64,000 nt of DNA from Spirochaetota bacterium (GTDB taxonomy: Bacteria; Spirochaetota; UBA4802; UBA5550): the NCBI GenBank assembly GCA_050298055.1, contig JBNKTL010000003.1, forward strand, positions 77,186 through 141,185. Direction: 5' to 3'. The translations under genes were made by a program, and so were the position numbers. Shown piece after piece: positions 20,637 through 30,655 of this stretch. The notes beneath the pieces are model-generated. The model saw nothing but the letters and a program-made list of their open reading frames with translations. It made no database searches and was not told the origin of the DNA. Position 1 is the first letter of the stretch, and every line of letters begins with the position of its first letter.

Positions 20637-21566
20637 TTAAGATAAAGAATCCAGGATCTTGATGATCTCTTCCCGGCTCTCCGCGGTAACCAGGGATCTT
20701 CTTATTTTGGCCGCGTTTTTGAAGCTGTGGATATAGCCGGTGTAATGTTTTCGGAGCAGCCTTATTCCCTTCTCCCCATGGAAGCCGATCATCAGGTCAA
20801 GGTGCTCCCTGACCTGCCGGACGATTTCTTCAACACCGGGTCTTTCCCCTGAAAAGATCCAGGGATTGCCCACGGCGCCCCGCCCGATCATTACACCTGA
20901 ACATCCCGAACTCTTAAGCCTCTCCTGGGCCCCGTCATATGAGTCTATGTCACCGTTACCCACAACGGGAAGTTTTGAAAATTCCGCAATTTCGCCGATG
21001 ATATTCCAGTCCGCTTCTCCCGCATATTTCTGCGCAACGGTCCTTCCATGGACAATGATAAAGGAAACACCCCCCTCTTCCAGGGCCCGGACAACTTCAT
21101 GGTAGTTCCGGGTATTGTTGTCCCAGCCGGTCCTGATCTTTGCGCTGAGAGGGATCGTTATCCTCTCCCTGATCCTCCCGGCAATCCGGCGCACCCTCTC
21201 CGGTTCACGGAGCAGCGCTGACCCGGCGCCCTCTCCTCCCCGGATCACCCGTCTCGCGGGACACCCTAAATTGATATCGATGAAATCGGGCCCGTACTCC
21301 TTCTCCACAATGGCCGCGGCTTCACCCATGACTTCCGGAGACCTGCCGAAAAGCTGTATTCCCAGGGGCCTCTCCTCCTCATGAAAGCGGAGAAGGTCCA
21401 GGGTCTTTTTATTGTGCCTGATAATTCCCTCGGAGCTCACAAGCTCGGTGATCACCGGCCCGCACCCGTGGCGCCGGGCAATCCGCCTGGCAGGGGAATC
21501 GGAGTAGCCCGCAAGGGGAGCAAAGAAGAGGGGATTTCCCGAGGTAATTTTTTCGAAATCATTCAT
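20637..21566 (-). CDS. dus: tRNA-dihydrouridine synthase.
   Basis: Motifs LAPLAGYSDSPARR, INLGCP and the FMN-binding fold typical of the Dus family. The start is placed at MNDFEK. Confidence 0.8.
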   Translation of the reverse strand: MNDFEKITSGNPLFFAPLAGYSDSPARRIARRHGCGPVITELVSSEGIIRHNKKTLDLLRFHEEERPLGIQLFGRSPEVMGEAAAIVEKEYGPDFIDINLGCPARRVIRGGEGAGSALLREPERVRRIAGRIRERITIPLSAKIRTGWDNNTRNYHEVVRALEEGGVSFIIVHGRTVAQKYAGEADWNIIGEIAEFSKLPVVGNGDIDSYDGAQERLKSSGCSGVMIGRGAVGNPWIFSGERPGVEEIVRQVREHLDLMIGFHGEKGIRLLRKHYTGYIHSFKNAAKIRRSLVTAESREEIIKILDSLS

Positions 21567-21640
21567 ATGAATGTAGATATTGAGCAATGAGTTGTTTCTC
21601 TGTCAATAGAATAAAAAGGGAGAAGAGTCAGGAAACACAA

Positions 21641-21846
21641 CAGGTGCTCATCGAGTGATCCTGCATCTCTATATACCGTTTCCTGGCTACTTTGTGAGCA
21701 GGATCGTATCAAGGTGAGCTTCGCTCGCTATGACAGCTCTTTTTAATCTAAAATTAAAACTCTTCTCTGTTCCCCTCGATACAATTTGCCGCATTTTAAA
21801 ACACAAAGCACTGAATCAATAAAGCGGCAAATCACTCGGGGAACAC
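21641..21846. repeat. Composite palindromic intergenic repeat, copy 2 (modules X and Y, without Z).
   Basis: 21641-21732 matches the reverse complement of 15552-15650, and 21768-21846 matches the reverse complement of 15704-15780. Because each module is itself palindromic, the relative orientation of the two copies is ambiguous. Confidence 0.6.
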
Positions 21847-21874
21847 AACAGAATGACTGCATCCCTCAATCTTC

Positions 21875-22312
21875 TCAGTGCCTCTGTGTCTCTGTGGCAA
21901 ACTCTGCCTCCATCCTTCTGATCCTCAACTTCCAGTAGATCCATAAAAAATTGAAGAGAAGAAATGTCAGCCCAAGCAGCCAGCCCATAAGAGGTTCCTT
22001 CCGGGGGTCCTGGAGCAGGGAAGCAACAATACCGGTAACCGCCGTTATTGACCAGATGATCTTCAGGCTCAGCATATTGCTGAAAGTGCCGATTCCGGAA
22101 TTGCGGCAGAGATACGACTCAATACCAATCCCGAAAAGCGCAGCGGCAACAAGCCTCGCGGCAAAAGGGTCCACCACCTCCCAGCCAAGGAGTGTTAAAA
22201 ACTCAACGGGAAAGAGAAAGAGGGGGACCGCAAATACAAAATCTATAACAAAGTGTACCAGGAACCAGTTTCTTAGTGAGACCGGGACTTTTTTCTCATT
22301 AATTTCTTTCAT
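21875..22312 (-). CDS. Hypothetical small membrane protein.
   Basis: 145-aa ORF with four hydrophobic segments. Confidence 0.45.
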   Translation of the reverse strand: MKEINEKKVPVSLRNWFLVHFVIDFVFAVPLFLFPVEFLTLLGWEVVDPFAARLVAAALFGIGIESYLCRNSGIGTFSNMLSLKIIWSITAVTGIVASLLQDPRKEPLMGWLLGLTFLLFNFLWIYWKLRIRRMEAEFATETQRH

Positions 22313-22458
22313 AGCATTCCCTTATTCTTTTTATTAATTTTAACCCGCTGTTTCAGGAAAATCAATAACTATTTGTCGAAATATCTATTGTAAATATTCT
22401 TTATATCTGATTACATGGGAAGAAAATATTCTTTTTTCATGAGCGATCAAAAGGAACC

Positions 22459-23664
22459 ATGAAACAGGGGAGATGGAAGAAGGGGCTTACGAGAAACGTC
22501 GTCATCCTCGGCTTTGTAAGCTTTCTTAACGACAGCGCATCTGAGATGATCTACCCGCTGTTGCCGGTATTCATTACGGCCGTGCTGGGCGCAGGCCCCG
22601 CGGCACTGGGCATCATCGAGGGGATTGCCGAAACAACGGCATCGCTCCTGAAACTCTCTTCCGGCTACCTTTCCGACCGTACCGGGAAACGCAAAGGATG
22701 GATCGTGGCCGGATATTCCCTCTCCAACATTATCAGGCCGGTCATCGCCTTCACCACGTCCTGGTTCCAGGTGCTGGCGCTCCGCTTCTCGGACCGCGTG
22801 GGTAAGGGGCTTCGCACGTCACCGCGGGACGCCGTCATTGCCGATTCCACGCCCGCTGAATTCCGGGGCAAGGCCTAAGGCTTTCACCGGGCCCTGGACC
22901 ATGGGGGCGCCATAGCGGGACCCCTCGCCGCAACGGGGCTGCTCCTGGTCTGTCCCGGTGATCTTAAAACCGTATTTCTTCTCTCCTTCGTCCCCGGTTT
23001 TTTCGCCCTCTGCATGCTCGTTTTCGGTCTCACGGAAAAACGACCGGTAAAACCACGTACCACTTCATCATCTTTCGACTTAAGGACCGCGTGGACGGAA
23101 ATCTCCCCTGAATTCCGGCGCTATCTCATGATCATCTTCCTGTTCACACTGGGAAACTCAACGGATGCCTTTCTTCTGCTGCGGGCGCAACAGCTGGGTG
23201 TACCCGTGACTCTCCTGCCCATGATCTGGGTCGTGCTCCACGCGGTCAAAGCGGCGTTCTCTGTTCCCGGCGGCATTATATCTGACCGCATGGGAAGAAA
23301 GAAAGTCATCATCGCGGGGTGGATCGTATACGCTTTTGTGTACGCCGGATTTGGCACAGCATCACAGTCCTGGCACCCATGGGCGCTTTTCGGCATGTAC
23401 GGTATCTATTTCGGTCTTACGGAAGGGACGGAGAAGGCACTCGTCGCCGACTTCGCACCGGTCCGTCTCCGCGGTTCCGCATTCGGTCTTTATCATCTTT
23501 TCACGGGACTCGGGGCGTTTCCCGCGTCACTGATCTTCGGCGCCGTGTGGCAGAAATTCGGTCCCGCGGCGGCCTTCGGTTTGGGCGCGGCCTTATCGCT
23601 CACAGCAAGCGTGCTGCTGTTTTCACTTGCGGTTAAAAAACCGGGAAAGGGACCCGTTTCTTGA
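22459..23664 (+). pseudogene. MFS transporter interrupted by a single in-frame TAA at 22876-22878.
   Basis: ORFs 22459..22878 and 23014..23664 are in the same frame, and the frame stays open between them (...FRGKA*GFHRALDHGGAIAGPL...). The N-terminal part has the MFS motif (GYLSDRTGKRKG) and the second half has its repeat (GIISDRMGRKK). Confidence 0.6.
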
Positions 23665-23813
23665 CCTAATACACTGACAATTTATTCCATTTTTTTGCAT
23701 TGACATTTTATGGGAAAAGAGTTACTACTCTATCTCAGTATAAAAGTGAACGAGGTTTTCTCATTTCCAAAGACAATTTTTCCCGGAGCGGTTTCCGGGA
23801 AGAAGGAGGAATT

Positions 23814-24929
23814 ATGAAAAATACTCTTTTTATCATTTACTGTATTTCATTACTGGCAGTATCATGCGGCAGTAGCCACAGCGGAAGCAGCAGCGATATG
23901 TTCGGTCTCGGGGCTGCAGCCGTAGAGTCTCTCCCCCTGGTCGGATCAGATAAAAAAAGAGCTCTTCTATCTTCAGGTAATATTGCGGATTACAATACAC
24001 TTGCAAACTTCTTTAAACTCGAATGTTTTATGCCGGGTATGGATAATTTCTGCCCGGCGGGAACAGACACGTCCGGGGGGGCCTCAAATCCCTACAAATT
24101 AACCAGTTATACCCTCATCGGTTCCATCTATCACGCGGACATGTATTCAGGAGGCCATAAAACGGGCTGCCAGGGCACGGATGCGGCTATAACTGCCGGT
24201 TCCTTTACGGCAGCAGAAACCGGCGGTGATCCCGATAAGTTTCTGCTGGACTATTATGACCTGCTGGAATGCCTGGAACAGGATACGTCCGAATATGTAG
24301 GGAGCGGGACAAAGTACCAGACATATTCCGTGGGGGAAAGCCCGTTTCAGGCAACACTTACCACACGGTACAGGAACCCCTATGAAGGGGTGTCAGACCC
24401 GGGGCAGAATGATGTTTTCCAGGTCTATGTGGGTCTCAGCGGCGACGACCCGGTTTTTCTCGCATATAATTACGCAGGTGCCGATTCCATGCACCAGAGA
24501 ACAGTCTTATTTGTCAACTTCGAGACTCACAGGTTCGCGGTGAAACACTATGAGAGCGCGACCAGTTATCTTGTGGCCATCGGCGTGGGAGGAGTGAACC
24601 GTGAAACAGGGGAACTTAACCCGGGATATTATTATACGAAATTTACCAACGGAAGCATAATAGAAGACAGCGGCTGTGTGGACAATACAACAGGTGATTT
24701 CCAGGGGGATACAAGCGCGTGCACTGCCGCTTCCATACCCTTTTCCGGGACCTGGATAGACAGCAGTTCCGTAGCGGACTATATCGGCATGACATCCGCT
24801 GACAGGGCCCGTCTTGATGCTTTTCTGAGCAAATTCTCGGATGACAATCCTTTAACAGGAGACGATTCACCAGATGACAGCAGCACAGATCCGGAACAAA
24901 ATTTCCCTTACTCAATTACACCGGAGTAA
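23814..24929 (+). CDS. Hypothetical lipoprotein.
   Basis: Signal peptide with lipobox (MKNTLFIIYCISLLAVSCGSS) and an AAGGAGG ribosome-binding site upstream. The longer ORF from 23700 lacks a ribosome-binding site. Confidence 0.6.
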   Translation: MKNTLFIIYCISLLAVSCGSSHSGSSSDMFGLGAAAVESLPLVGSDKKRALLSSGNIADYNTLANFFKLECFMPGMDNFCPAGTDTSGGASNPYKLTSYTLIGSIYHADMYSGGHKTGCQGTDAAITAGSFTAAETGGDPDKFLLDYYDLLECLEQDTSEYVGSGTKYQTYSVGESPFQATLTTRYRNPYEGVSDPGQNDVFQVYVGLSGDDPVFLAYNYAGADSMHQRTVLFVNFETHRFAVKHYESATSYLVAIGVGGVNRETGELNPGYYYTKFTNGSIIEDSGCVDNTTGDFQGDTSACTAASIPFSGTWIDSSSVADYIGMTSADRARLDAFLSKFSDDNPLTGDDSPDDSSTDPEQNFPYSITPE

Positions 24930-25322
24930 AACCGGATCGTTAAACATTAAGGAATACGCTACAACCGAATACTGTTAATGGCCGGGTTAGTTACGCATTA
25001 AGGAAAACAACCCGGAGAAATATGCCCGTTACTCTGAGAAGGGATCCATTTCCCTCAGGGAAAGGGATCAGATCCTTTTTGCGTAATTCCCGATCTTATC
25101 AAGCCATTTTTTCCGTTTCTCATTACTCATGCCTGTAACGGAACCCACCTTGATCACTTTCACCTTCTTTATTCCGCAGAATTTAATTGTTCCCCTGACC
25201 AGGGACCCTTTGAGAGGATTGCCCACAAAATAATCGTAGTAGAAGTTTGGTCCCATCATTGTTGTTATCACTGTGGCTCCCTTTATATGGGTCAGAAGTA
25301 TGTATTCATAATGATATGTTTC

Positions 25323-25451
25323 TGCTCAGCTATATGGCTATAATCAACCTATTTACTCAAATACAGACAATATGTCCCCGCCGCCGAAGGCAGCGGGGAC
25401 ATCAGTTATCTTTTTGATGAATATAATTATTCTTATACATAGCTGAGTAGT
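25323..25451. repeat. MITE-like palindromic repeat element, copy A.
   Basis: Left arm ctgctcagctatatggctataatc. Central hairpin tgtccccgccgccgaaggcagcggggaca. Right arm gatgaatataattattcttatacatagctgagtag. Confidence 0.6.
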
Positions 25452-25633
25452 TACAATGATTTAAACAAAAACTCCTTATAAAACTGTCACTTTTTTCTAT
25501 CACTCCTTTTAACATCTGAATTTACTCAACTGTATGTTAAATAAATTAATTTTCTCGCCCCTGTAAACGAATAGTTACACAATCAATAATTATTCCGGTT
25601 GACATTTTGCATAAAATTCCTTAAATAAATTTT

Positions 25634-26116
25634 ATGGATTATTTTGAGAAATTTATTGAAATAATAAACGAGTTGGAAAGAGAAAAAGTGGAGTATGTTC
25701 TGGTTGGGGGATATGCGGTAATATTACATGGACTCCCACGGTTTACTCAGGATATAGATCTTTTTATAAAACCTGAAAGTATCAATATTGAAAAATTTAA
25801 AAAGGCGCTGTATACTGTTTTTAAGGATGATAGTATAAAAGAAATTACTCTTGATATGCTTAACGAATATCCGGTTATACGCTATGGAACACCTGAAGAA
25901 TTTTATATAGACATAATTGTCCGTATCGGATCAATGTTTTCTTTTTCAGATATTGAGTATGAAATAAAAAAAATTGATTCGCATTCAATAAAAGTAGCAA
26001 CTGCTGAAACACTCTATGCAATGAAAAAGGACACTGTAAGACCAATAGACAAGTCAGATTCTCTCTTTTTACAAGAATTGATAAAAAAATCAAAAAAGAA
26101 ACAGGAAAACATGTAA
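25634..26116 (+). CDS. Putative nucleotidyltransferase-fold protein.
   Basis: The N-terminal motif VLVGGYAVILHGLPRFTQDIDLFI resembles the GS/GG...D.D minimal nucleotidyltransferase signature. No closer family assignment is possible. Confidence 0.45.
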   Translation: MDYFEKFIEIINELEREKVEYVLVGGYAVILHGLPRFTQDIDLFIKPESINIEKFKKALYTVFKDDSIKEITLDMLNEYPVIRYGTPEEFYIDIIVRIGSMFSFSDIEYEIKKIDSHSIKVATAETLYAMKKDTVRPIDKSDSLFLQELIKKSKKKQENM

Positions 26117-26307
26117 TGCCCATTTATAAATTCAAATCCTTTGAAGAAGCAGAAAAGGCCTTATGGAATTTTGATCCCGATGAAAATTATTATCAAAAGA
26201 TTGCGAAACTTTTCCAACTGGGTTTCAGATTATCTCCCCCTCAATGCAGGCGGGGAATTTTTAAATTTAAAAATTTTGAAGAACGAGAAAAATTTAATAA
26301 GAAATAA
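26116..26307 (+). CDS. Small hypothetical protein translationally coupled to the upstream ORF.
   Basis: Its start overlaps the upstream stop codon (TAATG). The ORF is 63 aa. Confidence 0.35.
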   Translation: MPIYKFKSFEEAEKALWNFDPDENYYQKIAKLFQLGFRLSPPQCRRGIFKFKNFEEREKFNKK

Positions 26308-26316
26308 TTCCTTCCC

Positions 26317-27156
26317 ATGAGCTTGAGCATTTCAGACATCAAAAACCTTCTGGATAATGACCAGCGTGAAAAGTTCAAGAGACTCGAAGCGCTTATCAAC
26401 TCCTTCGATAATCTGGCTGTAGCATTCTCCGGGGGGGTGGACAGCACCTTTCTTCTCAAAGTGTCCCGGGACATCCTGAAAGAAGAGGTCACAGCCATTG
26501 TTATCCGGACAGAACTTCACCCTAAAAAAGAGATCGAAGAAGCCATCCACAGGGCGGAGGAAATGGGTGTCCGGCGCGTAAAGATTGATATGAATGTACT
26601 GGGGCACAGGGAGATCGCGAACAATGCCCGGGAGAGATGTTATCACTGCAAGAAGGAGATATTTAAGCGGATTCGGGAGTATGCTCAAAACCGGGGAATT
26701 GATAATGTCGCCGACGGGACAAACCGGGATGACACAGCTTCTTACAGACCCGGGATAAAGGCCCTGGAGGAACTGGGCGTATCAAGCCCCCTGAAAGAAG
26801 CGGGTATGGGGAAAAATGATATCAGGCAGATCTCAAAGATCCTGGGACTCGAAACATGGGACAGGCCCGCCAGCCCCTGCCTGGCCACGCGTTTTCCTTA
26901 CAACACCCCGCTCACCAGAGATGCCCTCAAGCAGGTAGAGACTGCGGAAGAATTTATCAGGGACCTGGGATTTAAAAACCTGCGGGTACGCTGTCACGGT
27001 GAGACCGCCAGGATCGAGACGGAGGGGGAGATGATGCAGAAGATAACCGGGAAAGAACTATCGGAAAAGATCATCCGGAAGCTCCATGAAACAGGTTTCA
27101 GGTATGTCACCCTGGACCTGGAGGGGTTCAGGTCGGGGAGCATGGATGACGACTAG
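26317..27156 (+). CDS. larE: LarE-family ATP-dependent sulfur transferase (PP-loop ATP pyrophosphatase).
   Basis: PP-loop SGGxDS (AFSGGVDSTFLL), the catalytic-Cys region CLATRFPYNTP, and a C-terminal GFRYVTLDLEGFRSGSMDD, all matching LarE. Confidence 0.8.
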   Translation: MSLSISDIKNLLDNDQREKFKRLEALINSFDNLAVAFSGGVDSTFLLKVSRDILKEEVTAIVIRTELHPKKEIEEAIHRAEEMGVRRVKIDMNVLGHREIANNARERCYHCKKEIFKRIREYAQNRGIDNVADGTNRDDTASYRPGIKALEELGVSSPLKEAGMGKNDIRQISKILGLETWDRPASPCLATRFPYNTPLTRDALKQVETAEEFIRDLGFKNLRVRCHGETARIETEGEMMQKITGKELSEKIIRKLHETGFRYVTLDLEGFRSGSMDDD

Positions 27157-27168
27157 TACGGCCGCCTC

Positions 27169-30111
27169 TTATAATTCACATGTCAGAGTCAGTTCCCGGG
27201 CGGGGGACTCGCCGCTCTTTCTCCTGACCTTAATAATAACTTTATCACCTTTCATTTTGTCCATAAGAACGATCTTCAGGTCGGGGATGTCCTTTACCTC
27301 CCTGCCGTCCAGGGAAATAATAATGTCGTTCTTCTTTAACCCCGCCTTCATGGCCGGGCTGTTCCCCACAAGTTTATTGATAATAACTCCGCCGGAGCTT
27401 TCCGTGAGATAAACTCCAAGCTGCGCTGTCCGGGGGCCTTCCGTCTTCTCCGGGAAGAGAATAAAATCGGCGATGTTCTTCCCGATATCACCCTGCTCAC
27501 CCAGAAGGATCACCGACTGGTCGGCTCCGGAAAGCCTCTTTACCCTGTCAGGGATCCCCCGGAAATACTTCAGGTGGCCGTTCCCCGCAAGGAGGACCAG
27601 GGGTACCCCGGGGGACTCTTTCATGGCATTCACGGCATTGTGGGCCATGGACTCGTCCCAGAGGATCTGCGCCTGGAAGAAATTGTTCAGGTCCATTGCC
27701 GGTTTCCCGGAGTGCATTCTCATGACCCGGAGCATGCTCTCCCTGTACTCACTGCCGGTAAGGTCCATGTCAGCGGGGATCTCCTTTCTCTCCCCGGGAG
27801 TCAGTGAATCTATCCCCCCCCGGGAGACCTTCCTGACAATTTCTCCCCTGAGGTTCAGGGCAATGACCCTGATCTTTTTCTCCCGGGCAAAGTGAAGGAT
27901 GTCCCTGTAGAGATTATAGTCGTATCTCCATCTTATAAAATATTCGGTCTTTTTCAAAAACTCGCCCTCGCCGATCTCACCCCTGATATACTTATCGAGA
28001 TACTCCTGGTACGGTTTCTGGAACATCTCCATACCGATGAGGAGTTTCCCGTGAATTTTATAAAGGCGCTTTATGATCTCAAACTGCGCGAAGTGGTGGG
28101 AGTAACTGGTATGGACCTCGCCCACGTAAACCACGGACTTGTTTTTTATTTTTTCAACAACCCCGTCAATACCCAGGGTTTTCCCGGTCTCCAGGGCGCC
28201 AATATCCGTAACCAGCTTTCTCACAATCCCCCTCTGAGAAGCTGCCACTGTTTTCCTGATATTCTTCCCTTTGTTGAAGAGGAGGAGAGAATAGCCCCCG
28301 TAGAACCTGAGCTTTCTCAGGGCCATTACAAGTTCGGGCTCATTTTTAGTGTGGACCAGCATCACAGACTTTTCCCCGTTAAGGGGATTTTTCTCCACGC
28401 TGACCAGAAGTCCCGCTGGGGGAAATTTTTTATCGGCGAAAAGTCTTCTGTATACGCTGTTTTTTGCGGAAAGGAAAATTACGGAACGGTCTTTCAGCTG
28501 AGTGTTCCCGGCTTCTTTTTCGCTGAGAGTGCTGATTCCCTCTCTTTTGAAAAACTCTCTGGCATGCTCATATTTTTTTCGCTCATCCTTATCACCGGGA
28601 ACCACCAGGAGCTTATTCCTGTCACCCATAAGAGAAGAGACCAGAGCCGGTTTCTCCGGAGGGGTCAGAGCGCGCATGAGGTCATATTCGGGGTCCAGGA
28701 TGATCCTGAGGGGCTTTTCCTTAAAGGACCTTTCGTAGTCCAGGACCTTTTTATCAACATCAATAACAAATTTCTCCGTATCCATCTCCGTTTCCACCTT
28801 TACCGGGAGACCGAAGCTGTAAAGGCCATTCTTCTGCTCCAGCCTCAGGGTGAGGAGATACCTCCCCTTCCTGAACCGAACGGAAACATCCCCCAGTTCC
28901 ATCTTAATGGCCCCCTTTTTCTCAACCCACTGATCAAAGAAGCTCCGGTCCTTTAAAAATTTCCCGTACGATCTTTTAATATCATCCCACCCTGCTTTTT
29001 TCATCCGGTTCTCCGCGATAAAATTTTTCAATCCGGTGAAAAACTTCTCATCGCCAATCTTCTTCCGGAGCATGTGAAAGACCATGGCCGCTTTTCCATA
29101 GCCCAGGGCCCTGAGCTGCCGGTCCGCACCGCTTTGAAAGGACCGGAGTCCCTTTTCACTCTTTTCATCCGTATAGTTATGGTAATCCATGAGTATCTTC
29201 TTTCTGTAATCACTCCCCTCACCGGTAAGCTCTTTGTACAAGTGGTCCGCTAGATAGGTGGTAAGGCCTTCCGCCCAGTTCCCCTTCTCATAATCAACAA
29301 AGACAGAGTTGCCGAACCACTGGTGGAGGATCTCATGTCCCAGGGAGGTCTTCACGATAAAGGGAAGCCTTATCACCCGGGAACCGAGGAGGGTGTAGGT
29401 GGGAAAGGAATACCCTGTCTGAAAGGTATTTTCCACAATGTTGAAGCTCTTGAAGGGATAGCTTCCCAGCATTCTGAGATAGAGGTCCAGGTATTTTTTC
29501 GTATGCTCAATATAACGGGAAACAAGTTTTCTGTCACTTTTGAAGAAGTATGTCCTGATGGCAATGCCCCTGTGCATTTTTTTCGTGACCCTGTACTTCC
29601 CGGCAACCAGTGTGATCTCATATACCGGGTGGGGAAAGTTGTACTTTATGGTCTTCCCTTTCACCCCGGAACGGACACTCCGGGTATCGTATTCAGATAC
29701 TGCATCATAGCCAGCGGGAATATCCACCGAGAGTTTATAGACTGCTTTTCCCTGAAGCTGCGGATACCAGTCCGAGAGAAGGACAATCCCTTTTTCTCTC
29801 CCCCGGGGATTTTTGAACGCACCGGTGTACCGGATCTCTACGCGCTTTTCGCCCTTTAAGGCGCTCATCTCCCCGGACCCGGGCCGGTAGCTTTTTCCGT
29901 TGACCTTTAACTCTTTTATCGTGAGCTTGCCGTAATGGAAATCCGCCTTTTTACCGGCCGGGATTTTAATTTCTGCCCGTCCCGCGATCTTGCCCGACCC
30001 GGGATCAAGAGTGACCCTGAGCTTGTAGAGAGGATATTCCGAAGCCGGTGAAATCGACGGAATGAACAGTGATATGAGCAGCGCGGATAATGATATGAGG
30101 CCTTTGTTCAT
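27169..30111 (-). CDS. Secreted multi-domain protein: M1/M61-like zinc metallopeptidase, then a ChaN/Tiki (DUF399) domain, then a C-terminal PDZ domain.
   Basis: Signal peptide present. HEXXH with a downstream Glu (HEILHQWFGN...NWAEGLTTY). Central ChaN-like motif VVYVGEVHTSYSHHFAQFEIIKRL. C-terminal PDZ region (GVYLTESSGGVIINKLVGNSPAMKAGLKKNDIIISLDG). Confidence 0.7.
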   Translation of the reverse strand: MNKGLISLSALLISLFIPSISPASEYPLYKLRVTLDPGSGKIAGRAEIKIPAGKKADFHYGKLTIKELKVNGKSYRPGSGEMSALKGEKRVEIRYTGAFKNPRGREKGIVLLSDWYPQLQGKAVYKLSVDIPAGYDAVSEYDTRSVRSGVKGKTIKYNFPHPVYEITLVAGKYRVTKKMHRGIAIRTYFFKSDRKLVSRYIEHTKKYLDLYLRMLGSYPFKSFNIVENTFQTGYSFPTYTLLGSRVIRLPFIVKTSLGHEILHQWFGNSVFVDYEKGNWAEGLTTYLADHLYKELTGEGSDYRKKILMDYHNYTDEKSEKGLRSFQSGADRQLRALGYGKAAMVFHMLRKKIGDEKFFTGLKNFIAENRMKKAGWDDIKRSYGKFLKDRSFFDQWVEKKGAIKMELGDVSVRFRKGRYLLTLRLEQKNGLYSFGLPVKVETEMDTEKFVIDVDKKVLDYERSFKEKPLRIILDPEYDLMRALTPPEKPALVSSLMGDRNKLLVVPGDKDERKKYEHAREFFKREGISTLSEKEAGNTQLKDRSVIFLSAKNSVYRRLFADKKFPPAGLLVSVEKNPLNGEKSVMLVHTKNEPELVMALRKLRFYGGYSLLLFNKGKNIRKTVAASQRGIVRKLVTDIGALETGKTLGIDGVVEKIKNKSVVYVGEVHTSYSHHFAQFEIIKRLYKIHGKLLIGMEMFQKPYQEYLDKYIRGEIGEGEFLKKTEYFIRWRYDYNLYRDILHFAREKKIRVIALNLRGEIVRKVSRGGIDSLTPGERKEIPADMDLTGSEYRESMLRVMRMHSGKPAMDLNNFFQAQILWDESMAHNAVNAMKESPGVPLVLLAGNGHLKYFRGIPDRVKRLSGADQSVILLGEQGDIGKNIADFILFPEKTEGPRTAQLGVYLTESSGGVIINKLVGNSPAMKAGLKKNDIIISLDGREVKDIPDLKIVLMDKMKGDKVIIKVRRKSGESPARELTLTCEL

Positions 30112-30433
30112 GAAACTCTTTCTCCCTCTTTATGAACTTAATCGACCCTGCATATGAAACAGGTTTTCGTTAAACAATAACGCAGGTGATATTAATATAC
30201 AGCCAGCGGTCCATATGGATACATTAAAATCTCTCTCAGGATAAAAAATGGAAGCACGCTGTCAAGGATTAAGTTTTGGTGATTTCAAAGGGGTCAGAGC
30301 ATTGTGCCCCGCTAAAAAAATTCCACTATGATCATTTTTTCTGTTTTTTGCTGGATTTTTTTCATTTATTTGAATATTTTATACCATAACTAACGAATTC
30401 CTCCAAAGAAGAAGAACAACGAGAGAGGTCATT

Positions 30434-30655
30434 ATGCAGGTTACCCTCAATATAGAAAATGAACAAATCATCGATGCGGCCAGTAAAATGCCGTTAGAGG
30501 ATAAATTGAAGCTTTACGATAAAATAAAAGATGAAATATTCGAAGTCCGCTTCAAAGAGATCCTTGCAAGCTTAAAGACCAGCGAACTTTCCGACGAGGA
30601 AATACTGAAAGAAGTTGAGCATGTCCGATCAGAACGCTATAAAAATCGTAGTTGA
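30434..30655 (+). CDS. Small hypothetical protein, a possible antitoxin-like partner of the truncated PIN ORF.
   Basis: 73-aa acidic helical protein. It overlaps the start of the PIN-like remnant. Confidence 0.35.
   Translation: MQVTLNIENEQIIDAASKMPLEDKLKLYDKIKDEIFEVRFKEILASLKTSELSDEEILKEVEHVRSERYKNRS

Noticed and set aside
15552-21846. Classic invertible segment (a site-specific recombinase switch) flanked by inverted repeats.
   Set aside because: No recombinase gene is present, and the block carries essential housekeeping genes. The inverted matches are largely explained by each module being internally palindromic. Homologous-recombination inversion remains possible, but a programmed switch is unsupported.
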